From: Octopus sinensis | Taxonomy: Eukaryota | Length of the DNA stretch: 64,000 nt | Reading direction: 5' to 3' | Assembly: GCF_006345805.1 (NCBI RefSeq) | Contig: NC_042997.1 | Location: 40,796,001 to 40,860,000, forward strand | Part shown: positions 48,405 through 62,074 of the stretch, one piece after another | How the letters are laid out: every line of letters begins with the position of its first letter | How positions within the stretch are numbered: the stretch's first letter is position 1 | Program-made: the position numbers and the translations under genes | The notes under the pieces: generated by a model | The model's input: only the letters and a program-made list of their open reading frames with translations | What the model was told of the DNA's origin: nothing | Database searches by the model: none

Positions 48405-51400
48405 TCATCATCGTTTAATGTCTGTTTTCCATGCTAGCATGGGTTGGATGGTTCGACTGGGGTCTGGGAAGCCAGAAGGCTGCACCAGGCCCAGTCTGAT
48501 CTGGCAATGTTTCTACGGCTGGATGCCCTTCCTAATGCCAACCACTCCATATGTGTAGTGGGTGCTTTTTACGTGCCACCGGCACAGGTGCTAGGTGGTG
48601 CTGGCATCGGCCATGTTTGGATGGTGCTTTTTACGTGCCACTGGCACAGGGATCACAACTACAATTTCCATTGATTTTTTATGGTGATGTACTTGACTCA
48701 ATAGGTCTATCCTCAAGCACAGGGTCGAAACAGTGTTTCCTTACTTACCAGCTGCACAGGAGTCAGTCCAGCGGCACTGGCAACTGCCGGGTGCCAGTCA
48801 TAGGATTGGTTCAATTTCGATTCTGATTTCACTTGCCCCAACAGGTCTTCGCAAGCAGTGTTTAGTGTCCAATGAAGGGACGTTAGCATGGGTGCCAGTT
48901 GTCGGATGAGGTTCGATTTCGAATTGAATTTCGACTTCACTTGTCCCAACAGGTCTTCACGTATCCAAAGAAGGAAAGGTATGCATAAGTGGGCTGGCTA
49001 CATCCCTGGCAAAGGCCATGGGATGGTCTCACTTGTCTTGCTGGGTCTTCTCATGCACAGCATATTTCCGAAGGTCTCGGTCACTAGTCATTGCCTCAGT
49101 ATAACCCAATGTTCGAAGGTCATGCTTCACCACCTTGTCCCAGGTTTTCCTGGGTCTACCTCTTCCACAGGTTCCCTTAACTGCTAGGGATTGGCACATT
49201 TTCACACACCTATCTTCATCCATTCTCACCACATGACCATACCAGCACAATCGTCTCTCTTGCACAACACAACTGATGGTTCTTAGATCCAACTTTTCTC
49301 TCAAGGTACTTATACTCTGTCGAGTATGTACACTGACATTACATATCCATCGGAGAGTACTGGCTTCATTCCTCGTGAGCTTACGCATGCCCTCAGGAGT
49401 CATGGCCATGTTTCACTGCCATGTAGCATGGCTGTTCGTACACATGTGTCATATAATCTGCCTTTTACTCTGAGCGAGAGGCTCTCTGTCATCAGCAGAG
49501 GTAAGAGCTCTCTGAATTTTGCCCAGGCTATTCTTACTCTAGCAGTTACACTTTCAGCACACCCGCTCCCGCTACAGACTTGGTTACCTTGGTAACGGAA
49601 GCTATGAACTACTTCTAGTATTTCTCCCTGGAAAGTGACGTAAGTTGTTTTCTGCAGATTTTCGGTGTTTATTGCTCCTGAGCATCTGTCACATACAAAA
49701 ACTATCTTCTCAGTTAGCCTTCCTTTGACATTGCTGCACTTCTTATGTGTCCATAGCTTACACTGGGTACATCTTATAGAGTTTCTACCTACACCTTTTC
49801 TACAGATTGAGCAGGTCCATCTACCTGAAGGCGTTTGTGGTTTGTCTACCTTCCTACTTATTAGGACTTTTATTTTAGCTAGGTTGACTCTAAGGCTCTT
49901 CGATTCTAATCCTTGCTTCCACACCTGAAACTTCTCCTCCAGTTCTAATAGTGACTCAGCAATTAGAGCAAGGTCGTCAGCATAGAGGAGTTCCCAGGGG
50001 CATCCACTCTTGAATTCCTCTGTTATTGCCTGAGGAACTATGATAAATAGGAGGGGGCTGAGGACTGAACCTTGGTGGACCCCTACCGCTACCTGGAATT
50101 CTTCACGGTACTCATTGCCAACCCTCACCTTACTAACAGCATCCCTGTACATGGCTTGCACAGCTCTTACTAACCATTCATCTATCCCTAGTTTCCTCAT
50201 TGACCACCAGATAAGGGATCAGGGGACCCTGTCAAAGGCTTTCTCCATGTCAATGAAAGCCAGGTACAGAGGTTTATCTTTGGCTAGATATTCCTCTGTC
50301 TTACCAATAATCTAGCATCAGTGGTGCTTTTCCCTGGCATGAACCCAAACTGCATTTCATCTAAACTGACTCTCTCTCTAATTAGTTGGGCTACAACCCT
50401 CTCCGTGACCTTCATTACTTGATCCAGCAACTTGAAGCCTCTGTAATTATTTGTATCTAGGGCGTCACCTTTACCTTTGTAGCAGTTGGCTACGGTGCTG
50501 TTACACCAGTCATTGGGTATGACTTCTTCGTGTACCACCTGGTTAACTATACGGGTGACTCGGTTATAGCCGACACTACCAGATATTTTGAGCATCTCTG
50601 CAGTGATTCCTGATGGGCTGGGGGCTTTCCCTGCCTTCATACTCTTGATTGCTTTAACTACCAAGGTACTCTCAATTTGGATAGCTGGACCCTCTTTTGG
50701 GTCGACATTTGGCAGACTCTCTTTCTCCCATTCATTCTCTTTATTGAGCAACCTTTCACTGTGGCGTCTCCAAACCTCTCTCTTTGCAGCCTCGTTTAGT
50801 GCAAGTGAACCATCATCTATACGGACACATTTCTTTCCTACAACATCCCGATTCTCTCTCACACATTGTCGTGCAAACGAAATACTTCAAGCCTTTGGTC
50901 CTCACGGTGCAGAACATTGGCAAATTTTTTCTTATCTGCTTCCCCTCTGGCTAAATAAACCTGTCTCCTAGCTTCCCTTCTGGCAGTCTGATACAATTCC
51001 CTGCTACCTCCATTCTTCCAGTCCTTCCAAGCTTGTTTCTTTTGTCTTATAGCCCTGTCAACCACATTGTTCCACCACCACGTCACCTTGGGTCGAGAGG
51101 GGACTTTGCACCAGCCACAGATCTGGTCAGTGGCTCTCAGCAAGTTGTCCCGTAGAAATCTCCAGTTGTCTTCCACATTATGTGATGCTATATCCCTTTC
51201 TATTTCATCAAAGGCTTTGAGTAATATGTCTCTAAATCTCTGCCCATTTACAGGATGTTTAAGTTTCCAAACCCTTCTCCTCCAGGCTGGTCTTCTTCTG
51301 GGCATCCATTTAGCCCTAATCCTGAAGTCGCTAACTACTAATCTATGTTGAGGGGTACATTCTTCATCTGGGAAGGTTTTGGCACTTATAAGCAGCCATC

Positions 51401-51885
51401 TTTCTCTTTTTCTGGCGAGGATATAGTTAATTTGGCTTGTGTGTCTGCCAGAACGATAGGTGACTAGGTGATGGGCAAGTTTCCTTAAGTTGGTATTGCA
51501 AACCATAAGAGCATTTGCATTGCAGAACTCCAGCAGTCTGGTTGCCTCTTCATTGTGGGAACCAAAACCATAGCCTCCATGTATGGCATGGAACCCCCCT
51601 GCACATTGTCCAACATGTTCATTGAAATCACCAGCCGCAAAGAGAAGGTCCCTGTCATTTATCAACGAGGTAGTCTGCAATAGGGTGTCATAGAATCGGT
51701 CTTTCTGCCCCTCTGTTAGCCCCGGTTGAGGGGAATAGGCCGAGATAATGGTAGCTGACACATGGTGAAGCACTAATCTAATCTTAAGTAGTCCGTCACA
51801 TATTTTGACTACCGCGATTACCTTATTAACCCATTTCTCCGCGTGAAGTATACTCACGCCCCCGACCCCATCAGTGTTCCCTGCC
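48405..51885 (-). mobile_element. RTE-clade LINE (family 2), near-complete APE-RT with 3'UTR, several frameshifts
   Basis: ORFs 50859-51857 (APE, AGDFN), 50284-50862, 49400-50200 (GVHQGSVLSPLLF, LLYADD) and 49029-49409 (LCWYGHV..GRGRPRKTW). 3' tail (GAT)n at 48405. Confidence 0.95.
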
Positions 51886-51904
51886 CAGAAACTCTAATAA
51901 TAGT

Positions 51905-52288
51905 AATATAAAGATTTTCTCATTGAAATTGGAAAATGTGTTATATCAATGTGGTTATAATGCCAGTGATAGTAAGAACAGTTGGACTGATAAAAAAAGA
52001 AACTAAAAATTATATGAGAATGACCCCAGCACAAGAAGTACAAATGGTTTTAACTGATACGTTACATGTTGAGTAGAAAATTGTTGATGTGAGAATGATA
52101 ACCATCCGTGTAAATTTTGTTTTCTACATAATTTCATCTGATTTTGTAAATGAACAACCTGGTGTGTTTATTTTAATTGCCTATCAAGGTACAAAGTGAG
52201 ATTTTTGCTCTAGGTGTCAAGAAGGCACTCAGCAAGAAATGGAAACAAAATTGAAAGAAAAACAAATAATAATAATAATAATAATAAC
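51905..52288 (+). mobile_element. R4/Dong LINE extreme 3' fragment with (AAT)n tail
   Basis: KDFLIEIGK..MPVIVRTVGLIKKETKNYMRM..QEVQ. The 3'UTR matches 47285-47420 and ends in (AAT)8. Confidence 0.8.
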
Positions 52289-52899
52289 TAGAAAAGCACC
52301 TGGAGAGTGCAGACCTCTGCCAAGCATCTCATTTCCATCCATATACATGCATGCTGAAAATCGGCCAATTTCCCAAACCAACACTGGCGAAAGCATAACC
52401 TCCTTGGCAGTGGTAAAAAAAATAACACAGCCATGTGATTAAAAAAAAAAAAACTCTCTAGAAACCGGAATCATCTGAAGCAATTATAATACATCAATGA
52501 CAACAGCAAGCTAGTTTTACCATACGAGTAGATACACAAGTAAAATTACTAGTAGAGAAATGAAAATAAAACTTTGGAAACAAACAACAACACCACCATA
52601 GGTTACGTGAAAACCATGAACGTGTTTTCAAGGGAGATAATCAGAGAAAGGCTTAAAAGAACATAGCACTGTAATACTTCATGTAAAGTAAATATATCAA
52701 ATGAAAAATCCTTCAAGAATCCATAAAAATTCCCAGATCACTACCAAAATTTAATCATCTTTTCCTTGTGTCATTACCAAGTTTTTCTGCAAGTTTCATC
52801 AAATACTGTTCACAACTATTTTAGTTATTTTGCACATAGAGGGATAGACAGACAAACCAACGCCGATGGAAACATATCCTCCTTCCTTGGCAGAGGTAA

Positions 52900-53556
52900 T
52901 AAATAAAAAGTGCCCTGATGCAGTATTAGGCAGTGGCGCTCATGGCTTTTGGAAGTGTTATCATGTACATTGTTTTGGTATAAAAGATGGGCTGCAGCAA
53001 TTATTCCACTCAATACCATAGACTTGCTTGTCAGAATGCCCTGATGCTGTACCAGGCAGTGACTCACATGACTTCTGAACATAATTGATTGGATGTGTTA
53101 TCATGTACATATTTGGTCTTAGTGTGAAAGATGGGCTACAGCAAATATTCTGCTCAATACCACAGATTTGCTTGTCAGTTGCTTGACCTTAACCAGTTGA
53201 GCTGTGCATCTCTGATCATGAGCAGTAGTGGGAGAGGAGCATCATAGCCATACGTTGAGCAGGATTCTTTAGAGTTTGAATAATTCATCCCTGAAAACAT
53301 GGGTGTTTTGTTCATCATCCTTAAACAACCTTTTGAGCAGGATGGTCTACTCAAACTGAAGGAAATTCTAACTGGGCCCCGCTTGCAAGGTCATGCACTT
53401 TCTTACTATAAGATTGCCATGTTGCACACATATGGTTGTGATGCTTGTGCCTGGTGTACCCTTATCAGATGGGCAGTCATGATGGGTATATTTGGATTTG
53501 TGTATTTGGCTCCCAGTGTCACTTTGATGGCATGCATTGCTCTCTCATCCAATAAT
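52900..53556 (+). mobile_element. Interspersed retroposon 3' segment (homologous to 2051-2600)
   Basis: Aligns by eye with the reverse complement of 2051-2600 and ends TGCTCTCTCATCCAATAATAATA. Confidence 0.7.
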
Positions 53557-53775
53557 AATATTTGTACTGAAAAACAAGATCGAGTGAGCTTCTGCCCTTT
53601 TGCTCATTGTGTGGTTTCCGTCCATGCCGAGAAACCAACAATTTATGAGTCTCAATTGTGTTGACATCAACTGCCCACATTTTCAGGAGGTTTCTCTCCA
53701 TCAAATATTGTTATATCCTTATGCCTCCAATATCGTTGTACGGTTGATATTGTCGATGATAGATAAAGAATACAC

Positions 53776-53975
53776 TGTAACAGTGTTATAACAATACAAA
53801 ATAGAAACACTTAAGGAACCAACAATCAATATTTCCAACACACCAACTCAAACTCTAAACTGTATCTGGACTTTGAAGACCAAACTATGAACTCCTGACT
53901 ATGTCAGACCACTACTATTAATATGTAGTGGTCCCATCTATTCTTGTTACTCGGTCTTTTACATTTGCCACAACA
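53776..53975 (-). repeat. 3' LTR (200 bp) of the Gypsy element
   Basis: On the minus strand the PPT AAAAGGGGGGA (53976-53986) is followed immediately by TGTTGTGG...GTTACA (TG...CA ends). Confidence 0.8.
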
Positions 53976-56913
53976 TCCCCCCTTTTGAGATTTCAGGTTC
54001 CAAAGGAATAAAGAAATTTTATTTATTATTATTGTTTAGTATTTTTTTGCTTGGGCCTTATCTCAAGGTGTTTGGTCTGCTTCCATTTTCTCATGCTGGT
54101 TCTATGGGACTTGATTACTTTTGGTGCTGGGACATCGAATACATCAAAAAATATTTCTATAGGAATTTCTCTTCTTTAGCTGAATTACATGTCTCTTATG
54201 TTCCCAGCATGATCCTTTAATTAGATACATCATACTTCCTATTTATTTGGTTACAAGGCCATCCTTCCAGCCTTCTTTACCATTCTGTAGGTTCTAAAAT
54301 GCCATTTACCTCCTATTTCAAAATATTTGTTGCATCTTTCATATTTCCTTTACATCTTATTTTCTCTGGGAAATAACTTATCAAAAATCGATTTTACTCT
54401 TCTTTTAAACATCAATTCTGTGGGTGACTTTCCTGAATTTGAACTTGGATTGGTGCTTACACTATATACCCTTAAGAATTTTGTTAGTGATTTGTCATTA
54501 CTTAATTTGTTCCTAGCTTTTCTTAACGCACTTTTAAATGAGCCCACGAACCTTTCTATCTGTCCATTTGACCTGGAATGCAAGTATGCTTTATCGCATG
54601 CATTTTACAGAAGTTCTTGAATTCATACCTGAGATTTGCTTTCAATTATCAGAAACTAATGTGTCTGGAATACTGTATCATGCAAACAATTCATATAGGA
54701 ACTTTATAGTTGTCTTAGTAGTTGGTTTATTGCCCTTGCATGCCTCTGGCCACTTTGTACAGTTGCCTACCACGATTTGATAGAAGCACTGTTCTCCAGT
54801 CTGGCATAGTTGATATGAACCCAGACCATGGGTTCTCAGTCTCTGGCCATGATTGGCATTTTATTGGCGACAAGTTCTCGCCAACTTTTTGGTATCTCAG
54901 TCCATAGTTGGCCAACAGACGTAGTTTTTTTTTGTCCTCGACATTACTGGGTGTCAGCTGTGGAATTGCTGCAATACACGTTTTTGTAATGCAGTTGGTA
55001 CTACACCTCTTACTATCGTTGCATATTGAGAAACTACTACTGAATTTGTATTTTTATTCTGCTTCTATTTTAAAGTTTCTTTCATTTCTGTAATATACTC
55101 GTTGTCTACTGATTTCATTCTTATATTCTGTGCAGTTATTGACAGTTCTTGGATAACATATATCAGTCATAATACTTGTAGGCACAGTTACCTCTCCTGA
55201 TGATAGCTGTCTAAATAGTTCACCACTAGATGGCACAGCATGTAACTCTGAGGTTCTGGCACTTAGTCCTTCCTCTTTCTTATTGAGATGGCAGAATGCG
55301 AGGATGTGACTATCTTTAGCTCTTGCATAAGGTACACAACAGCTAACAGACATTGAGAAGATCTGACGCTCAATGTCTAAATGCACAGAAGATGAACATG
55401 GCCTTTCACTTGTAAACACCTTTCGTGATTTATTCAACTTGTATATATTGTGACCCGAAGTAAAAGTATTCAAAAGCTACAGCTTGGTTCTGTGGATATT
55501 CATTGTACAGTTTTCTTTCCTCGAATGACATCTTCTATTCGAGCTTTCTGAACGGAGTCGTTATTAGATGAATACTTTCTATTTCATTTTCTGCCTGCGG
55601 TGTGGCTATTACAGTATCTTCTACTGGTTCCGTAATTTGGGGAATTAGTCTTGATAAACAGTGTGCAAGACTAATTTATTTTGATGGAACATACTGCATT
55701 TTGAAATTGCAATTTAGTAATATTATACCCTAATGTTGTAGCCAGGTTGCTGTATGGGTAGGTAACCCTTTCATTGATCCATAAATTGATAGCAATGGTT
55801 GATGACCTGTTTGTAACAGAAAACTTTTACCATGTAGAAACCTGCAAAATGTTTCCACAGTAAAAATAATCGTTAGGGCTTCTTTTTCTAGTGGACTGTA
55901 TTTTTTCTCTGCTGCTATCAGCTAACATGAAACAGGAATCACTGGTTTCCTAATTCCACACTCCAAAGCATTAGATGCAACAACAATGTCTATTTCAGGA
56001 TGAAAATACAGTAGACTCAATATCTGCGATTAGAATTTTATCAAATTTTTCCAATTGTGTTTTGGCATTTAACCGACCAATTCCATTTTACTTCCTTTTT
56101 AATAAGTCATTCATTTGAGCTCTTAATTTGTGCATGTTAAGAATGTAGTTTTGGTAGTAGATTGCCAGCCCAACAAACGCTTATAACGTTGGTATATTTG
56201 TCGGAACAGGCACATTCTTTATTGCATCTGCCCTCGATGGATCAGGCCATCTACCATTTTTATCAATCATTTGCCCTAAGTACATAATTTGAGGCAAAAG
56301 GATTGCATTTTACTTCACTCAAATTGAACCTGTACTCTTTATTTTTTCTTGAACACAGCTTTTATATGCTCAATATGCTGTTCACATGAATTACTTTTAA
56401 TCAATATTTTGTCTAAATAAGGGACTGTAAATTCACAATCATATAACATAGCATCCATGATTTGCTGAAATATTGCCGGTGTAGCCTTTAATCCAAAATC
56501 TAACCAGGTATGTCCGTACAATCCTCTGTGTACATTTATTTTCAGATACTTTGAGCATTTGTCATTTTCTTTAATATGTAAATAAGAGTCAGACAGATCC
56601 AATTTAGAGAAATTTTTTCCACCATTTAATTTTTGCGAAAATGTCCTCTGGTATGAAGATGTGGATGGTGGCATATCTTTAAGCAGTCTTTTAATCCTGT
56701 AGAGAAATTGGCACACAGTCTAATATTATCATTTTTCTTCTTAATGTACAACATGGGTGCTGCCCACTTAGAGTAATCCACTTTTTAGATGAATCCACTC
56801 TCTTCCAGTCTGTCTAACTCTTTATTTATGATTTCAATTGCTGCAGATGGTACTTTTCTGTTAGATTTAAATATAGGCACAGCGTTTTAACTTATTTAAA
56901 AGCAGGCATTGGT
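53776..56913 (-). mobile_element. Ty3/Gypsy LTR retrotransposon relic (RT-RH-IN), running into the assembly gap
   Basis: RT (FSKLDLSDSY, FGLKATPAIFQQIMD, YLDKILI at 56339-56716), RNase H (..KYSPLEKEAL..), VVPTALQKRVL, integrase (HSRSNGQIERFVGSFK, GKSPTELMF at 54350-54583). Confidence 0.9.
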
Positions 56914-57013
56914 NNNNNNNNNNNNNNNNNNNNNNNNNNNNNNNNNNNNNNNNNNNNNNNNNNNNNNNNNNNNNNNNNNNNNNNNNNNNNNNNNNNNNNN
57001 NNNNNNNNNNNNN
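56914..57013. other. Assembly gap (100 N)
   Basis: Run of exactly 100 N, a typical placeholder of unknown size. Confidence 1.
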
Positions 57014-57349
57014 CATCAGGCTGTAAAAATCCTGCCAAAACAGACACAGAAGTGCCTGGCTAGCTCCTGTCAAACCGTCCCAACCATTCTAGCATGGAAC
57101 ATGGATGTCAAACAATGATGATGATTTTATTAGTTTGATCAATATTTCAACTGTTTGCTTCTCTTTGTCAAGTTCTAATGAAAACGTGATGAATAGAAAT
57201 TTAAAAATTGTAGAAATTCAAATTCAAAAGTTGGAACGAGGAGATCCTGCATTCCCAGTTTGACAAAATGATGTCATCAGTCTTCAATTTTCAATTGTAT
57301 AACTGGCTAAAAGAAAGAAAAACAACAAGAGAAAAAAGAAAAAGGAGAA

Positions 57350-58270
57350 GAATATATAGTCAGTTTTGTGTGAATATTATGAAATTCCTCTGTCATTTTA
57401 TTCATCCCTTCATGGTGTAACTCACAAAACATATCTGTCCCTGTGCATTTTGAGGACTGAAAGTGTAGCAGATTCAGAATATTTTCTGAGAATATGCACT
57501 TTCAATTTTTTTTTGAAAATTGCAGCCATTTGATGTAAAATGTTCAGCAAGTTCTGTTGAATTTTTATCATGCCTGACATCATATCTGTGCCCATGAAGT
57601 CTTTTGTTTAATTGTTCTGTTGTACAACCAACATAAATCATGTTGTGTTTCATGTATTCTGCCACATACACCAAATTTGGATCTCTACATGTCCCACCTT
57701 CTGAATAAATCATAACATTTCTGTTATGATTCCTGATGGAATTCACTTGACTCATGTTGTTGCACAATGAACAGGGCTTAACTCTCTTGCGACTGTTTTT
57801 CAAGATATGATGTTCAGAAAGTCCAGTGTTAGAGTTCTTGGAATTAAAGCTAGTGGTTAATATTTATCTTATATTCTTAATACATTTGTTCCTTTCCCAA
57901 AAGGAAAGGATTTTCAATTGCCTGCGTAAACCACAGAAGTCATTCACTTTCTATCACCCACCCAGAAATGGTTTACTCCTAGAAAGATGACTAAAAGTTA
58001 TGAGTTCCTCACATGAACATTCTAAACCATTTTTATCACGGAATAGGTTCCATATTTTAAGTGAAGAATTTGAGCAAAACCCAAAAAGTAGTCACAGATC
58101 TAATGAAAGTGAAACTCTGAAAAGCACTCTCCTAAGAAAATCCATCATACGAGTGAATAAATTTATCTAAACTAAACCTTTCACCAGACGATGTCCCTGA
58201 CTTGGTGCTGGGATTGAGTTTCTGCCCAAAGACTAAGAATTTTGACAAGAATAAAATCCAGCTCAAGGGC
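57350..58270. mobile_element. Penelope-like element fragments: GIY-YIG endonuclease (-) back-to-back with an N-terminal fragment (+)
   Basis: ORF 57474-57803(-) CSLC..TC..NLVYVAE..MIYVGCTTEQLNKRLHGHR..LAEHF. On the plus strand 58140-58260 reads ..LNLSPDD..LVLGLSFCPKTKNFD, typical of a PLE ORF N-terminus. Confidence 0.7.
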
Positions 58271-58364
58271 TATCCACTGTCACAAGCTGAAGGAATGTTT
58301 TTTTTATAACATACAAGCAGCGATACTTGGTATTGCTCGGGATTAAAATGGCATAGTTTTTGCT

Positions 58365-58650
58365 GTTTTACTTGTTTCAGTCATGTGAATGGCCGTGCTG
58401 TAGCACCACCTTTAAACAAACAAACAGACCCAAGGATTTATTATTTCTAAGCATAGTACTTATTCTGTTGCTGTCTTTTGCCGAACTGCTAAGTTACAGG
58501 GACCTGAACACAACAACATCATTTGTCAAGCAATGGTGGGGCTACAAACACAGATATACACACAAATATACATATCTATACGACAGTCTTCTTTCAGTTT
58601 CCATGTGCAAAATCCACTCGCAAGGCTTCGTTGGTCTGAGGCCATGATAT
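58365..58650 (-). mobile_element. Degraded major-family SINE
   Basis: TTTTACTTGTTTCAGTCA..CTTTTGCCGAACTGCTAAGTTAC..CTTCTTTCAGTTTCC..AAATCCACTCGCAAGGC. Confidence 0.8.
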
Positions 58651-58670
58651 ATGCAAGCACACACACACAC

Positions 58671-58720
<50 letters not shown>

Positions 58721-58779
58721 CAAACCAAAGAGTCCCCATTCACTACACCAGCAGTACACTTTCAAACAGCATGCTTAAG

Positions 58780-61620
58780 TTCTTCATGCTGAATACATGC
58801 TCTCTCAAAAGTGTTGACCCCCATCCTTAACCTGCTTCCTCCATCCGTGGTGATGACAGTCATTGCTCTCTCAGTCAGTCTCCTATTTATCACAGGTTTT
58901 TAACGAGGACTTTACACAGTCCTTAAATTGTAGCCTTGGTTTCTACCGAGGTCTCTTTCCATTCACAAGTTCCCCATATAGCATCTGCTTAGGGATCCTG
59001 CAATCCTTCATTCTAATAAGGTGTCCAGTCCAACATAACTGCCGCTTGTGTACCATTGCCTCAATACTCAAGATATCAACTGTCCTCATGACCAGTGTGT
59101 CTGTAGTTTTTAAGGTCCAGCCAACATTCAGAATATGTTTGAGATATATCTGATGAAAGTGTTCAAGGACCCTTACATGACATTTGTACAGAGTCCATGT
59201 CTCATGAGTAAAGCAGTGATGTTAGTACACATGCCTTGTAATTCCATGCTGGGACCAGACACAGGACTGAGGAGACCAGAAGGAATCAGTTGTTCTCTGC
59301 AGCCTAAAAGATATTTCAGGCAGACAAATTTATTTACCACGTTCAGAATTGTTCCTTCAACCAATATATCTGGTTCCACACATGGATTACCTGGTGCAGG
59401 CTGCAACATTACAACAACCTTGTCCAGTCTAATACTGAATCCAAGTGCCTTGCAACAAGCAGAATTACGATTCATAAGTATTTGTATGTCATTCACTGTA
59501 TGAGTGACTAAGTCACAGTCATTTGCATAATGGAGGTCATGAATAAGAGACAGGAAAACGTTTCAGTTGGGGCAAGGATGTCACCCTGCTTGACACCATT
59601 CTCTACAGGAAGGGGTCCCACCATGTCAGCACCAACATTGACCCAAGCCTTCATCCCATCATGAAATTATTTAATTATAGATACAAAGTGATCTAGACAT
59701 CCAAGTTTGCCAAGTATTTTCAATAGAAAAGCCCTATTCACAGTATCAAAGGCCTTTGTTAAATCAATGGATACCTGGAGAAGATCCATATTCTGCTCAT
59801 AGCACTCCTCCTGCATCTGTAGTGCTGTAAAAATCATATCCATTGTCCCTCTACCAGATCAGAAGCCACATTGAGATTCAGATAGGACATCATTTACGAG
59901 ACACCCATTCAGGCGGGTAAGAAGAATATTTGCCAGAACCTTGCCAGCAGCTCATAGCAGAGCAAAACCTCTGTAGTAATCACACATTGTTCTGGTTCCT
60001 TTTACTATATAGAGAGGAAGAATAATCGCATGCCTTCCAGTCCTTAGGCATTGCACCATCCCTCCAGACTGCACTAATAAGTTCATGAAGGGACTGTGTG
60101 ATGTAATCACCACCAAATCGCAAGACCTCAGCACAAATTCCATCCTTTCCAGGTGCCCTACCAAGATTCAGTTTACTTATTGATGTCATTACTTCAACTA
60201 TTGAGGGTGTGGAATTTAAGGAGCCAATGATGGGTCTTTCTTGCATAGTATCAATCACTGTTACATCCACAACTGACTCATGGTTTAGGAGTTCAGAGAA
60301 GTGTTTGATCCAGCAACCTGTGATTTCTGTTGATTTAGTAAATAGAGTGGAAGACTCCTTGGAAAGGAAAGGGGATGATGTGGAGCTCTTAGGCCCATAA
60401 ACATGCTTCATAAGATGGTAAAGCTTCTTGCTGTCATTTGCATCAGCCTGAACATCACGAGCAAGATCCTCCCACCAAGTGTTCTGCATCTTCCTGAGAG
60501 ACTGCTGCAGTAGTGATTTTACACTGCTACAGTGGGCAAGTGCTAGATTTCACTGAACATCTGGAAGTCCTCTGCGTAACAATACACTGTAGGTATGGCA
60601 CTTTACCACCAATAGTCGCTGAACTTCAGCATCATTTTCATGAAACCAGTCTCTGTGTCAGGCAGTAGAATATTCCAGTGTTTCAGCAGCACATTGAAGA
60701 ATATGGTCTCGAAAACCTTCCCATGCTGCAGTATTTTCAATGCTGGAACAAGCGAGTCTGAAGCTCTTTCCTCAACATCACACCATTATATATCTTGTGG
60801 ACATTCAGATGCCAAGGAATGCTGAATGGTCCTCTTCTCTCTTTCACTCTAATCATCATCCAAAACTTTGCTCACACCAGACTGTGATCTGTCAGGCATT
60901 CCATTTCATGAAAGGACGTGGCATTACAAATGTCATTGATGTCACGCTTGCAGGTGATGAAATAATCCTATCGGTGCCAAACTTTAGACCTTGGATGCAT
61001 CCACGTTGTTGTGTGATCTCCTTTGTGCAAAAAGTGAGTGCTTGCGATGTAAAGTCCATGTTTATCGCAAAGCTCCAGCAGCATGAGACCATTGCTATTC
61101 ATTTTCCCTACTCCAAAATGCTCTAGAGAGTTCCATGTTTGCCGGTCTGTTCCAACCCTGGCTTTGAAATCTCCCAATAGAATGACTCAGAATTGAGGAT
61201 TTTCCTAAGTATGGCTCTCAGCTGGGTATAAAAAATAGCTTTATCTTCATTGCAACTTGTCAAAGCAAGTGCTTAGGCATTTACTAGAGTAGCAAACCAC
61301 CCACCTTTCAGGTGCAATCTTACAGTCATTAGACGTTCATTTATAGGAACAGGAAGCACTTCCAACTTCTTCAGGATATCAGATCGAACTGCTAAGCCAA
61401 CACCAGCCTCTCTGTGCTCCTCCTTCCAAAAAAAGAAGGTGTATCCACTTCCTACTTCCTCAGGTTGACCACCACCTTCCATACAAGCCTCTGAAAGTGC
61501 AGCTATATCAATGTTATAATGGTTCAACTCACGAGCAACAAGTGTAGTGCATATTTTCAGGCCTCCAATCACTCTTGTTATCCAACAGAATGCAAACATT
61601 CCAACATGAAATGTTCAAGT
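58780..61620 (-). mobile_element. Old RTE-clade LINE relic
   Basis: ORFs 61273-61599 (VARELNHYNIDIAALSE), 60968-61177 (GDFKARVG), 59980-60489 (GRAPGKDGI) and 59173-59496; many stops and frameshifts. Confidence 0.88.
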
Positions 61621-62074
61621 TCCAACCAGATTTTGTAAATAAAAGTTTCTTTGTTTTTCGAGCACAGGGTGGACATACAGAATACATTCCCTCACTTTAA
61701 TTCTCCTATTCCTTCCTTCTCCTACCTTGATTCAACCCTTGAACTTTTTCAACGGACAATTTCTCCTGCTTTCATCCAATCCGGCGTCAACCCCTATAAA
61801 TAGACATTATTTATCATTATCTTAATGAGCTCCTAGAGAGCAGTCATCGAAAAACTTGTGCATTTTGTTGGGTAATCAAATTCCTGGATTTTCCTGAAGA
61901 GAAAGCTGCATAATGGACTCCTTATTCATTCGGAATTAGGGACTTTGCAGACTTCGAAATATATGTCGAAAATAAAATAAAGGAATTTTGTTAAATCTTC
62001 GTTCAGCTCCATTCTTTCCTATACTATGTATATATATATATATGTATATATATATATGTATATGTATATATATG

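Noticed and set aside
56867-57118. ORFs spanning the X run
   Set aside because: Artefacts of the 100-N assembly gap.
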